From assembly GCA_022447095.1 (NCBI GenBank), contig JAKUUP010000005.1:2065-66064 (forward strand): DNA of 64,000 nt, read 5' to 3'. This DNA is from Candidatus Thalassarchaeum betae. GTDB lineage: Archaea > Thermoplasmatota > Poseidoniia > Poseidoniales > Thalassarchaeaceae. Below the pieces are notes generated by a model. The model had not been told where the DNA came from, did no database searches, and saw nothing but the letters and a program-made list of their open reading frames with translations. Below are positions 27,337 through 37,762 of this stretch, one piece after another (the first letter of the stretch is position 1; each line of letters begins with the position of its first letter). The position numbers and the translations under genes are program-made.

Positions 27337-29030
27337 GTTCGATTTTTACCGACATAGACGCCGAGACGGTGGAACTTATCCTGCCTGAACTCATCATGCT
27401 GGCGGGCATGCTCGCGATGATTCTCATACCCAATCTCGGAGACGCCACGATGAGGATCCCCCTCACAAAGACGCGAATCCCCATCCTGTTCGGAGGGACG
27501 AGGTTCGCAACGACGAACAACCCGAAGATCCCCAATCAGATTGCATCGACGACCTTTGGGCTTGCATTGGTCTCAGCCTTCCTGTTAATACACAATGAGG
27601 GCGATGTCGGAAACGCCCTGCACGTTGACGAGTTCAGCAGGTTGTTCACGATTATTTTCACAGCGGCCTTGTTGCTTGCTTCGATTGCTACGACTCACAG
27701 GTTGCCGGCGAGGCCCAAGGTGACCGCGCCGATCGAGACAGACTCGTTGGCTAGGGCCGATGCGAAAATCAACGCACTGATAGACAATCGGAGGCAGGTC
27801 GACTTCCACATCCTTCTGGTCACGACCGGACTTGGGATGAGCCTGATGGCGATGGCCACCAACTTGTTCATGCTCTTCGTCTGCCTTGAGCTCGCCTCAC
27901 TCTCATCGTACATCTTGGTCGCCTTCCACAAGGAGATTGATGTCGGCGGCGAGGCCGGGACGAAGTACTTCATCGTCGGCTCGGTGGTCTCAGCGATCGG
28001 AATCTACGGTATGTCCCTTCTTTACCTCTGGAACGGCAACTTGGACATGGCCAACCTAGAGACCTCTTGGGATGCAATGGAGGCGATGGACCCATTCGCT
28101 GCTATCGGTGCCGGCCTGATGCTGGTCGCCTTCGCATTCAAGGTCGGCGCAGCCCCATTTCACCTCGCTGTTCCCGATGCCTACGCAGGTGCCTCTTCAC
28201 CTGTGGCTGGGGTCTTGGCAACGGCCTCCAAGGCGATGGGCTTCGTCGCACTGATGCGCCTCCTACTCATCGTAACCATGCCAGCGGCTGGAGAGGCGTT
28301 CTGGTTCGCAGTGCTTGCCTTAATCTCGGTGGTGACTATGACGTGGGGCAATCTGGCAGCGCTGACCAGCGACAACCCGAAGCGCATTCTGGCATACTCG
28401 AGCGTAGCCCACGCTGGCTACATGCTGGCCGCACTCACCGCCGTCGGCAGTGGGCTGGCTGACGCCGATGCAACGGCCCTACTGATGACCGCGGTGTTGT
28501 TCCACCTCGTCGTCCTCTTGCTGTTCAAGTTCGGCGCCTTCCTCGTCCTCTCGATGCTCGAGACTGAAGGACGCAGTCATCGACTCGAGGACCTCCACGG
28601 ACTGGCTCGAAGGGATCCGATTGTAGCCGCCTCCATGTTCATCTTCATGCTCTCGTTGGCGGGTGTCCCACCGCTTTCCGGGTTCCTGTCGAAACTCTTG
28701 ATGATCAACGGTATAGTCAACGTCTCCGCCGGCACTGGAGCACTGTCGTCTACATCGATAGTATCTTGGGCTCAGGGCGTCGAACCCATCTTCTGGCTGG
28801 CCGTCGCGATAGTCCTCAACAGCGCCCTGTCTCTGTTCTACTATCTCAGAATCGGACTGGTGATGTTCTTCGAGTCCCCAGAGAGCGAGAGGACGCTCAA
28901 GCGCGCAGGATCCCTCAGGATGGCCATAGTGGGATGCGCGCTGCTCACCCTGCTCTTCGGGGTCGGTCCGATGAGCGAGTCACTTCTCGACTTGGTTAGC
29001 GCAGCAGTCGACTCTTTCGCGGGCAACTGA
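27324..29030 (+). CDS. nuoN: NADH-quinone oxidoreductase subunit N (ND2), elongated to 568 aa
   Basis: ASLSSYILVAFHKE..., AAPFHLAVPDAYAGASSPVAGVLATASKAMGF. There is a ~40-aa insertion after TM1. Confidence 0.85.
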   Translation: METMSSIFTDIDAETVELILPELIMLAGMLAMILIPNLGDATMRIPLTKTRIPILFGGTRFATTNNPKIPNQIASTTFGLALVSAFLLIHNEGDVGNALHVDEFSRLFTIIFTAALLLASIATTHRLPARPKVTAPIETDSLARADAKINALIDNRRQVDFHILLVTTGLGMSLMAMATNLFMLFVCLELASLSSYILVAFHKEIDVGGEAGTKYFIVGSVVSAIGIYGMSLLYLWNGNLDMANLETSWDAMEAMDPFAAIGAGLMLVAFAFKVGAAPFHLAVPDAYAGASSPVAGVLATASKAMGFVALMRLLLIVTMPAAGEAFWFAVLALISVVTMTWGNLAALTSDNPKRILAYSSVAHAGYMLAALTAVGSGLADADATALLMTAVLFHLVVLLLFKFGAFLVLSMLETEGRSHRLEDLHGLARRDPIVAASMFIFMLSLAGVPPLSGFLSKLLMINGIVNVSAGTGALSSTSIVSWAQGVEPIFWLAVAIVLNSALSLFYYLRIGLVMFFESPESERTLKRAGSLRMAIVGCALLTLLFGVGPMSESLLDLVSAAVDSFAGN

Positions 29031-29074
29031 TTCTGTATGCTCAACTTCACATAGGGGACGCTCGACGGAGCCGC

Positions 29075-29590
29075 ATGGCCCGTAGGGAAGAGAAGGTCGA
29101 CACCGAGCTTCTGGCTAGGCTGGAATCAAGTGGAGACCGCATCCGCGTCCCTCTTCCCAACCGGAAGGTGAACGAGATGTTCGCAATCGCCGATCAGATA
29201 CTCGGCGGACGCAGGGTGCGCGCTGTGTGTGAGGACGGCGAGAGCCGACTCGCGCGCATCCCTGGCAAGATGCGCCGTAGGCAGTGGGTCCGCGAGGGTG
29301 ATCTGATTGTCGTCCAGCCATGGGACTTTCAGGATGAGAAGGCCAACGTCTGCATGCGCTACACCAAGACACAATCACTCTACCTCTCAAGGAAGGGTGT
29401 GCTGCCTGAGATAGTCGATCTGTTTGGCATGGCTGACTTTGAGGCCGTAAAAGGTCCCGACCAAGAGATACCCGAAGCTGCCTCAGAGCCTGAAGCAGTG
29501 GAGGCTACAGATACCGAATCCGTCGAGCCTGAACCAGTAGCAGAACCTGCTCAGGATTCTGAGGACGACATAGACTCATTCTTCGGGTGA
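29075..29590 (+). CDS. eif1a: Translation initiation factor 1A (aIF-1A/eIF-1A, OB fold) with an acidic C-terminal tail
   Basis: VRAVCEDGESRLARIPGKMRRRQWVREGDLIVVQPWDFQDEKANVCMRY matches the eIF-1A S1-like core. Confidence 0.85.
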   Translation: MARREEKVDTELLARLESSGDRIRVPLPNRKVNEMFAIADQILGGRRVRAVCEDGESRLARIPGKMRRRQWVREGDLIVVQPWDFQDEKANVCMRYTKTQSLYLSRKGVLPEIVDLFGMADFEAVKGPDQEIPEAASEPEAVEATDTESVEPEPVAEPAQDSEDDIDSFFG

Positions 29591-29594
29591 GAGA

Positions 29595-30476
29595 ATGTCC
29601 GACGAGTTCGACAACCAACCCGACATCGACGCTCTGATGAGGGGCGAGAAGAAGCACGAGTGGATGTCAGAGCCGCGCTTCAAGAGGATGTTCACCGAGG
29701 TCGAAGACGCATTGCAAGGAGTCCTTGGAAAGGGCAAGTTCGAGTGGGTGGACAGAAGAGTCTTCGACCAAGTTTTCGACCGCTCGACCCTGCTGGCCGT
29801 CCACAAACTCATGCAGAAGGGGGAGATCGAAACCATCGACTATCCCATAGCCCGAGGAAAGGAAGCTCACGTCTTCCACGCCACGACCAACCACGGTCCA
29901 GTAGCAGTCAAGATATTCCACACAACCAACGCCGTGTTCAAGGGTCTGGCGAAGTACATCGATGGAGACCCCAGATTCAGCGGCCTCTCACGACGCCACC
30001 GGGAACTGGTCAATATTTGGGTGCGTAAGGAGTTCCGCAACCTCAAGCGAATGCGCAAGCACGGACTCAAGGTCCCCGAGCCCCTTGACAGCCTGAAGAA
30101 TGTCCTCGTCATGAGCTATCTTGGAGACGACAAGGGCGCGAGCCCCCGTCTCAAGGACATCACCATCGACAAGCCGTACGAGGTGTTCGAGGACCTTCTC
30201 GACTTCATCGCCATCAACTGGCAGACCTGCAAACTCGTCCATGCAGACTTCAGTGAGTACAACATCCTCTGGTACGACGGCGAACCTTGGGTCATCGACG
30301 TCGGTCAAGGAGTGACGCACCAACATCCCAATGCCGAGGAGTTCCTAGTCAGGGACATCACTCGGCTGGTTGAATGGATAAACAGACAGGGACACACCAT
30401 TGACGTGGCCGAGAGCCTAGCGAGAGTGCTGGATGACCCTGTTCCGACCCTGCCCCCGCTCTCGGGCGGAGATTAA
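29595..30476 (+). CDS. rio1: RIO-type serine/threonine protein kinase (Rio1)
   Basis: GKEAHVF....G..VAVKI(FH)T, LVHADFSEYNILW, VIDVGQGV (RIO kinase catalytic/metal-binding motifs). Confidence 0.85.
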   Translation: MSDEFDNQPDIDALMRGEKKHEWMSEPRFKRMFTEVEDALQGVLGKGKFEWVDRRVFDQVFDRSTLLAVHKLMQKGEIETIDYPIARGKEAHVFHATTNHGPVAVKIFHTTNAVFKGLAKYIDGDPRFSGLSRRHRELVNIWVRKEFRNLKRMRKHGLKVPEPLDSLKNVLVMSYLGDDKGASPRLKDITIDKPYEVFEDLLDFIAINWQTCKLVHADFSEYNILWYDGEPWVIDVGQGVTHQHPNAEEFLVRDITRLVEWINRQGHTIDVAESLARVLDDPVPTLPPLSGGD

Positions 30477-30502
30477 AGCAGGGTGGCGGGTCGGCCGCAT
30501 TC

Positions 30503-31234
30503 GTGGAGCCACTAGCACGCATCCCACAGGACCGCATAGCCGTGCTGATAGGCAAGGGCGGCGAGACCCGGAGGATGCTCGAGGAGGCCAGTGGAGCCAC
30601 GATCGAAATCGATTCGAAGTCCGGCGAGGTGATGGCGGACTGGGGTGAAAGCGAGGCGGATCCGGTGATTCGCATGAAGATGCCCGATGTCATCGTGGCC
30701 ATAGGACGCGGCCTCGCTCCCAAGAGGGCAGTCCAACTCATCGAGGACGAGGTCTTCCTCAAGATGTACGACATCCGTGATTGGGTCGGACGCCAGCCGA
30801 ATCAGACGCGTAGGATGAGGAGCAGGCTGATCGGCAGAAACGGACGGATACGCACCCTCATCGAGGAGATTTCCAATTGCGAGATGGCGATTTACGGCTC
30901 GACCGTGCTCGTCATCGGCGATGAGGACGGACTCGCCCTCGCCAATCCTGCGATTGAAGGAATCCTACGCGGCTCCGAGCACAGCACAGTGCTCCATGGA
31001 TTGGAGCAGGACCGCAAGCGCCAGAGATTACGCTCGCGTAGCCTGGAGAGTTACGAGGAGCGCGACCCGAACGAGCCTTCGGTTTTCGAGACCCTCGTAC
31101 CGGGGCTGGCTCAGGCCCGCAGTCGCCGAGAGCGCCGTTACACAGATTCCCAAGTTGACCCTAATGACGAGACCGAGGTCGCACGAACTCTCGAACTCGC
31201 AGAAGATGAGGAAATCATCTACGAAGAGGAGTGA
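30503..31234 (+). CDS. KH-domain RNA-binding protein (Dim2/Pno1-like, two KH domains) with an acidic C-terminal extension
   Basis: IGKGGETRRMLEEASGATIEID and LIGRNGRIRTLIEEISNCEMAIYG carry GxxG KH loops. Adjacent to aIF1A and rio1. Confidence 0.75.
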   Translation: MEPLARIPQDRIAVLIGKGGETRRMLEEASGATIEIDSKSGEVMADWGESEADPVIRMKMPDVIVAIGRGLAPKRAVQLIEDEVFLKMYDIRDWVGRQPNQTRRMRSRLIGRNGRIRTLIEEISNCEMAIYGSTVLVIGDEDGLALANPAIEGILRGSEHSTVLHGLEQDRKRQRLRSRSLESYEERDPNEPSVFETLVPGLAQARSRRERRYTDSQVDPNDETEVARTLELAEDEEIIYEEE

Positions 31235-31253
31235 TTCATACCGCCATGCATAA

Positions 31254-32561
<1,308 letters not shown>

Positions 32562-32629
32562 AATCGACATCTATGATGTCGAGCCCATTCAATTGAAGGC
32601 TCGCGTGCTGTCTGAGGGGTCCGAGAGAC

Positions 32630-34189
32630 ATGGACAGGCTGCCTACTCGTATCGACCGTGGAAGCGACGACTTCCAGTCCCGGCGAGAGAAGAACGTGAC
32701 TCTGGCAGAGGAACTCAGAGACAGGCTAGACTCTGTCAAGGACGGCGGAGGGGGCAAGTAGGTCGAGCGTCACCGAGAGCGAGGCAAGAGCCTGCCAAGG
32801 GAAAGGATCTCCGAGATATGCGATGTCGGGACTCCGTTCCTTGAACTCTCGACCCTAGCGGCAAACGAACTGTATGACGGGAGAGCCCACTCTGCAGGTA
32901 TCGTAACCGGAATTGGGGTGGTGCACGGCAAGGAGTGTATGTTCGTGGCCAACGATGCGACAGTAAAGGGAGGCTCGTACTACCCGATGACAGTCAAGAA
33001 GCACATCAGGGCGCAGGAGGTCGCCGAGGAGAACAACCTCCCCTGCATATATCTGGTCGACTCGGGGGGAGCCTTCCTACCGATGCAGGACGAGGTCTTC
33101 CCCGACAAGTTGCACTTTGGCCGTATCTTCCGCAACCAAGCCATCCTCTCCAGCAAGGGGATTCCGCAAGTGGCCGCCGTGCTCGGATCGTGCACCGCTG
33201 GAGGCGCCTACATCCCGGCGATGTCCGATGAATCGATTATTGTCAAGGGCAACGGCACCATCTTCCTTGCCGGCCCGCCGCTGGTCAAGTCGGCCACCGG
33301 TGAGGAGGTCACCGCCGAGGAGCTCGGCGGGGCCGACTTGCACACCAAGGAGTCGGGCGTCGCTGACCACTTTGCTAACGATGAGCCTGAGGCATTGCGC
33401 ATGGTGCGCAGTGTAGTTGAGAACCTAAATGTCGACCCCAAGCACAGGCTCGATGTCTCGCAACCCGAGGAACCTGCACACGACCCTCAGGACCTGATGG
33501 GCATCATCCCAGGCGACAATCGTACACCTTACGATGTCAGGGAGGTCATATCCAGAATCGTCGACGGTTCGCACTTCCACGAGTTCAAGCAACGCTACGC
33601 CAATACTCTGGTCTGTGGCTTCGCTAGAATCCATGGTTATCCCGTTGGAATCGTCGCTAACAACGGAATTCTGTTCTCCGAGTCCGCGCTCAAGGGAGCA
33701 CACTTCATCGAGCTCTGCGGCCAACGAGGCATCCCACTTGTGTTCTTGCAGAACATCACCGGGTTCATGGTCGGCCGTGATGCCGAGGCCGGAGGCATCG
33801 CCAAGGACGGGGCTAAACTCGTCACGGCCGTATCATGTGTCCCAGTTCCGAAGTTCACAGTCATCATCGGCGGCTCACACGGTGCAGGTAACTACGGCAT
33901 GTGCGGCCGGGCCTACGACCCGCGATTCCTGTTCATGTGGCCGAACGCCAGAATCTCGGTGATGGGCGGCGAGCAGGCTGCCAGCGTTCTGTCGTCGGTA
34001 GGAAACGTCGATCCCGACGAGATTCGCGTGCGGTACGAGAGTGAGAGCAACCCATACTACTCCAGCGCACGGCTCTGGGACGACGGTGTAATCGACCCCC
34101 GAGACACCCGTGATGTGCTCGGACTGTGCATATCAGCCAGCCTCAACGCGCAGATGCCGGACCAGGACTACGGCGTTTTCAGGATGTGA
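32630..34189 (+). CDS. Acyl-CoA carboxylase carboxyltransferase (beta) subunit (propionyl-/methylcrotonyl-CoA carboxylase beta family) with one in-frame TAG at 32759-32761
   Basis: Downstream of the TAG: [45 protein letters not shown], and the second CT domain. Upstream, in the same frame: [15 protein letters not shown]...[45 protein letters not shown]. The total is 519 codons, i.e. the normal beta-subunit length. Confidence 0.7.
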
Positions 34190-34190
34190 T

Positions 34191-35063
34191 ATGGTGAGGA
34201 TGAGCGATGTCAGGCCGTCAGCGGAATTCTGCTCGTTGAGCATCGACGCCTCGGTCGCCACTCTAACTCTAGAGCGAAGCGACGTCTACAACGCACTCAA
34301 CGTGCAATTAATCAGCGAACTCGTCGACACACTCGACTGGACCGCGCAGCGCTCCGTCGGCACAACCGGCTCGCTGCGCGATCAGGACGACTCCGAGTAC
34401 CTGCGGGTGCTGGTGCTCCGTGGCGCAGGACGGCACTTCTGCGCAGGAGCCGACATCAACATGATGCGCGATGCAGGGGTAAAGACCCCGGAGGAGAACC
34501 GCGCCGACTCCGAGCGACTCGACCGCTTATTCAACACCCTGTGGACACATCCTTGTTTCACCATCTCCACCGTTCAGGGGGTGGCGCTGGGTGGCGGTGC
34601 CGGCCTCCTCGCCTGCTCTGACCACGTAATCGCTCTGGAAAGCGCGAGAATCGCCCTGTCCGAGGCCAAGTTGGGAATCCTGCCTGCGGTAATCGGGCCA
34701 TACGTCCTCCGCCGTGTAGGCAGTGCTCAGTTCCGACGGCTCGCCATGCTCGCAGGGCGCTTCGACGGACACGAGGCGTTGAATATCGGAATGATCGATC
34801 AGGTCTCCACCTCATCGGAGGAGTCTGCTGAGATGGTCGACGCCGCGATTGCTACGGTGATGAGCACCGGTCCCGTGGCGGTTACTGAGGCCAAGAAACT
34901 CGTTCAGACCCTCGAACGCTGGCATGGCACCGATGAGGATCTGCGTCGGTGGACGATGGACAAGACCAGCGAGATGAGGGGCTCACCCGAGGGTCAAGAG
35001 GGGCTGTCAGCGTTCCTCGACCGCCGGCCGCCGGCCTGGTCACCGGAGGATCAGGACGGTTGA
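34191..35063 (+). CDS. Enoyl-CoA hydratase/isomerase (crotonase fold)
   Basis: LTLERSDVYNALN...ELV and VLRGAGRHFCAGADI (oxyanion-hole motif). Starts 2 nt after the beta-subunit stop. Confidence 0.8.
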   Translation: MVRMSDVRPSAEFCSLSIDASVATLTLERSDVYNALNVQLISELVDTLDWTAQRSVGTTGSLRDQDDSEYLRVLVLRGAGRHFCAGADINMMRDAGVKTPEENRADSERLDRLFNTLWTHPCFTISTVQGVALGGGAGLLACSDHVIALESARIALSEAKLGILPAVIGPYVLRRVGSAQFRRLAMLAGRFDGHEALNIGMIDQVSTSSEESAEMVDAAIATVMSTGPVAVTEAKKLVQTLERWHGTDEDLRRWTMDKTSEMRGSPEGQEGLSAFLDRRPPAWSPEDQDG

Positions 35064-35065
35064 AC

Positions 35066-36619
35066 ATGACATCAGGACCCTTGGACAACGCTCCTCGACC
35101 CTTCGGCACGGTGCTGGTCGCGAACCGCGGCGAGATCGCCGTACGGGTGCTGCAAGCTGCCAGAGAGGCAGGGCTCCGTGGGATAGCCGTCTACTCGGAC
35201 GCTGATGCCAACTCCCTGCACATCGAGGTGGCTGACGATGCAGTCCACCTTCCTGGCTCCACCCTCGCTGAGACCTACCTCAACTCAGAGGCCCTGATAT
35301 CAGCGGCCGGCGATTGTGGGGCCGAAGCGATACACCCGGGATACGGTTTCCTCTCCGAGCGAGCTGACTTCGCCATAGCCGTCGAGGACGCTGGACTGGT
35401 TTGGATCGGCCCACCTTCAGGCGCTATCTCAACGATGGGAGACAAAATCTCAGCGCGCATTCGGATGCTTGAGTCAGGAGTGCCCGTGATACCCGGCGAG
35501 GAACTCTCGGTTCCTGACGGAGCGGATCACCTCGGCGCGCTAGCATCCTGCGCAGCCAGAGTCGGCTACCCCCTACTGCTCAAGGCCAGTGCGGGAGGAG
35601 GCGGCAAGGGGATGCGCGCGGTGCACGAGCCCAAGATGCTCAGGACTGAGTACGAGGCGGCATCGCGAGAGGCTTCAGCCGCCTTTGGTGACGGTACGAT
35701 ATACGTCGAGCGACTACTCTCTGGCGCACGGCACGTGGAGGTGCAGATTCTCGCCGACTCCCACGGAAATTGCATCCACCTCAACGAGAGGGACTGCTCT
35801 TTGCAGCGCAGGCACCAGAAGGTGATTGAGGAGTCTCCTTCCCCGGCTGTGGATCATCAGTTGCGCCAGGCCATGGGGGACGCAGCGGTGACGGCAGCCA
35901 AGGCAGTGGATTACATTGGTGCCGGAACTGTGGAATTCATGTTGTCTCCAAAAGGAGATTTCTATTTCCTTGAGATGAACACCCGATTGCAGGTCGAGCA
36001 CCCTGTGACAGAGATGACCACGGGCATAGATATCGTTCAGAAACAGTTTGAGGTGGCTGCGGGCTTGCAATTGGGAATAGCGCAAAGTGATGTCGGTATG
36101 AGCGGCCACGCCATCGAAGCGCGAATCTACGCAGAAGACGCATCGAAGGGATTTCTTCCTGTGGTTGGCAGACTGGCATTGTGGAAGCCGCCGCATGGCC
36201 CGGGAATCAGAGTCGACTCGGGAGTCAGGCAGGGCGATGTCGTAACCACCGATTTCGACCCGATGCTAGCCAAACTAGTCGTCCACGCCCCAACTCGCCA
36301 GGCTGCTCTGCGCAGGCTCGACGCCGCCTTAGCTGACCTAGTGGCGCTGGGAGTGACCACCAATATCGGATTCCTCCGTAATGCGGCCGCGCATCACGCA
36401 TTCGCGAGCGGGAGTATCACCACTGAGTTTCTGGACTCCGCTCCCATCTCCGAATTCGCCGAGCCGGGAGCAGATCCGGCCGTCCTCGTCGCCATAGCTT
36501 CTGCAGCCCAGCGACTTGGGATGGAGCGAGCCCCTTTGGATGTCGCGTCTGGCTCCGTAGACGAGCACACAGGACATTCAGGTGACCCGTTCAGGACCCT
36601 GTCGAGGTCATTCCCCTGA
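35066..36619 (+). CDS. accC: Biotin carboxylase subunit of acyl-CoA carboxylase (ATP-grasp)
   Basis: VLVANRGEIAVRVL.A..E.G, HPGYGFLSE, LLLKASAGGGGKGMR, EMNTRLQVEHPVTE. No C-terminal biotinyl domain. Confidence 0.9.
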   Translation: MTSGPLDNAPRPFGTVLVANRGEIAVRVLQAAREAGLRGIAVYSDADANSLHIEVADDAVHLPGSTLAETYLNSEALISAAGDCGAEAIHPGYGFLSERADFAIAVEDAGLVWIGPPSGAISTMGDKISARIRMLESGVPVIPGEELSVPDGADHLGALASCAARVGYPLLLKASAGGGGKGMRAVHEPKMLRTEYEAASREASAAFGDGTIYVERLLSGARHVEVQILADSHGNCIHLNERDCSLQRRHQKVIEESPSPAVDHQLRQAMGDAAVTAAKAVDYIGAGTVEFMLSPKGDFYFLEMNTRLQVEHPVTEMTTGIDIVQKQFEVAAGLQLGIAQSDVGMSGHAIEARIYAEDASKGFLPVVGRLALWKPPHGPGIRVDSGVRQGDVVTTDFDPMLAKLVVHAPTRQAALRRLDAALADLVALGVTTNIGFLRNAAAHHAFASGSITTEFLDSAPISEFAEPGADPAVLVAIASAAQRLGMERAPLDVASGSVDEHTGHSGDPFRTLSRSFP

Positions 36620-36628
36620 GGTTAGAAT

Positions 36629-37129
36629 ATGGATTGGAGCGTGGGAGAGGACAGCAGGCGGTACACCGCCGCCCTGAATGACTCAGACGGCGCTCTGATA
36701 CTCTCGTCGGTACAACAGGATGGAATGGAACTCGACTCTCCGGAAATCTCAATCACCCGTGATGACCATCACGGGCGACTCAGGGTGGAAATCGCCGGGA
36801 CTCCTCGACTCGCCCACGTGGCCAAGGTCGGTGATGCTTGGTGGATACACCTAGACGGGCGAATCCACATCGTGCGCGCGCACGAGCCCGGCAGCGCCGG
36901 GACCGAACCCTCCGAAGGAACCCTCTCTGCACCGATGCCCGGGACGGTGCTCAAGATCCACGTCAAGGAGGGGCAGAGAGTGCGCAAGGGACAGACACTA
37001 GTTGTGTTGGAGGCGATGAAGATGGAGCACCGAATACAGGCCCCGAAGGCGGGCGAGGTCACAAATCTCCACTTTTCCGAGGGCGACAGAGTCGATATGG
37101 GTGAGATTCTGGTACAAATCGGCGATTGA
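36629..37129 (+). CDS. accB: Biotin carboxyl carrier protein (biotinyl domain, EAMKME)
   Basis: PMPGTVLKIHVKEGQRVRKGQTLVVLEAMKMEHRIQAP contains the biotinylation motif AMKM. Confidence 0.85.
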   Translation: MDWSVGEDSRRYTAALNDSDGALILSSVQQDGMELDSPEISITRDDHHGRLRVEIAGTPRLAHVAKVGDAWWIHLDGRIHIVRAHEPGSAGTEPSEGTLSAPMPGTVLKIHVKEGQRVRKGQTLVVLEAMKMEHRIQAPKAGEVTNLHFSEGDRVDMGEILVQIGD

Positions 37130-37171
37130 TGCCGGGTTTGGGTTAATATCACGCCCTGCAGTCGGACGCCC

Positions 37172-37762
37172 ATGCAAGAGGTGACCATCATCATGGCCAC
37201 CCTGATGGGCATCAGCCTAGCCGCAGCCTCGGGATTCCGTGTCTTCCTGCCCCCGTTCCTGCTATCACTGGCTGCTCGCTTCAACGTGGTTTGGTTTCTA
37301 GACATAGATCTCATAGGAACCCAGTTTGAATTCTTCACGTCCACTCTGTCGATAGTCGTCTTGGGAATAGCTACAGTAGCGGAGTTCGCTGCGTTCTATG
37401 CTCCTTGGGTCGACAGCGTTCTCGATACCATCGCAACGCCGGCTTCTATCGTAGCAGGCGTCGCGATGACGGCCATAGTACTCGAGGGCAACGACCCGAT
37501 TATTCAATGGACAATTGCTATTGTCGCTGGAGGCGGTGTGGCGGCTACCATCCAGTCTGCCACGGTAGCCATTAGGGGTCTGAGCTCGACTTTCACCTTC
37601 GGATTGGGGAACCCGGCTGTGGCTACAAGTGAGAACGTCGCGAGCGTGGCACTGACTCTGATTGCGATTCTGATTCCATTCCTCTCTGCGTTGTTCGTGC
37701 TACTGATAGTGGCCCTGCTTCTAAGAATGAAGCGAAAGAAGAAGGAACCAGTGGTTCATTGA
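37172..37762 (+). CDS. DUF4126-family integral membrane protein
   Basis: SGFRVFLPPFLLSLAARFN...., Gly/Ala-rich helices and a basic C-terminus (RMKRKKKEP). Confidence 0.5.
   Translation: MQEVTIIMATLMGISLAAASGFRVFLPPFLLSLAARFNVVWFLDIDLIGTQFEFFTSTLSIVVLGIATVAEFAAFYAPWVDSVLDTIATPASIVAGVAMTAIVLEGNDPIIQWTIAIVAGGGVAATIQSATVAIRGLSSTFTFGLGNPAVATSENVASVALTLIAILIPFLSALFVLLIVALLLRMKRKKKEPVVH

Noticed and set aside
32759-32761. Pyrrolysine decoding of the in-frame TAG
   Set aside because: No pylTSBCD genes are visible. TAG is used as an ordinary stop at several genes in this window (e.g. 22832, 62279). Pyrrolysine is confined to methylamine-utilising lineages, so an error or nonsense mutation is more parsimonious.
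32593-32844. 83-aa ORF upstream of the carboxyltransferase gene
   Set aside because: It is out of frame with the true N-terminus. The correct reading (ATG 32630, frame of the 423-aa ORF) reproduces the conserved beta-subunit N-terminus. This ORF is a by-product of the in-frame TAG.
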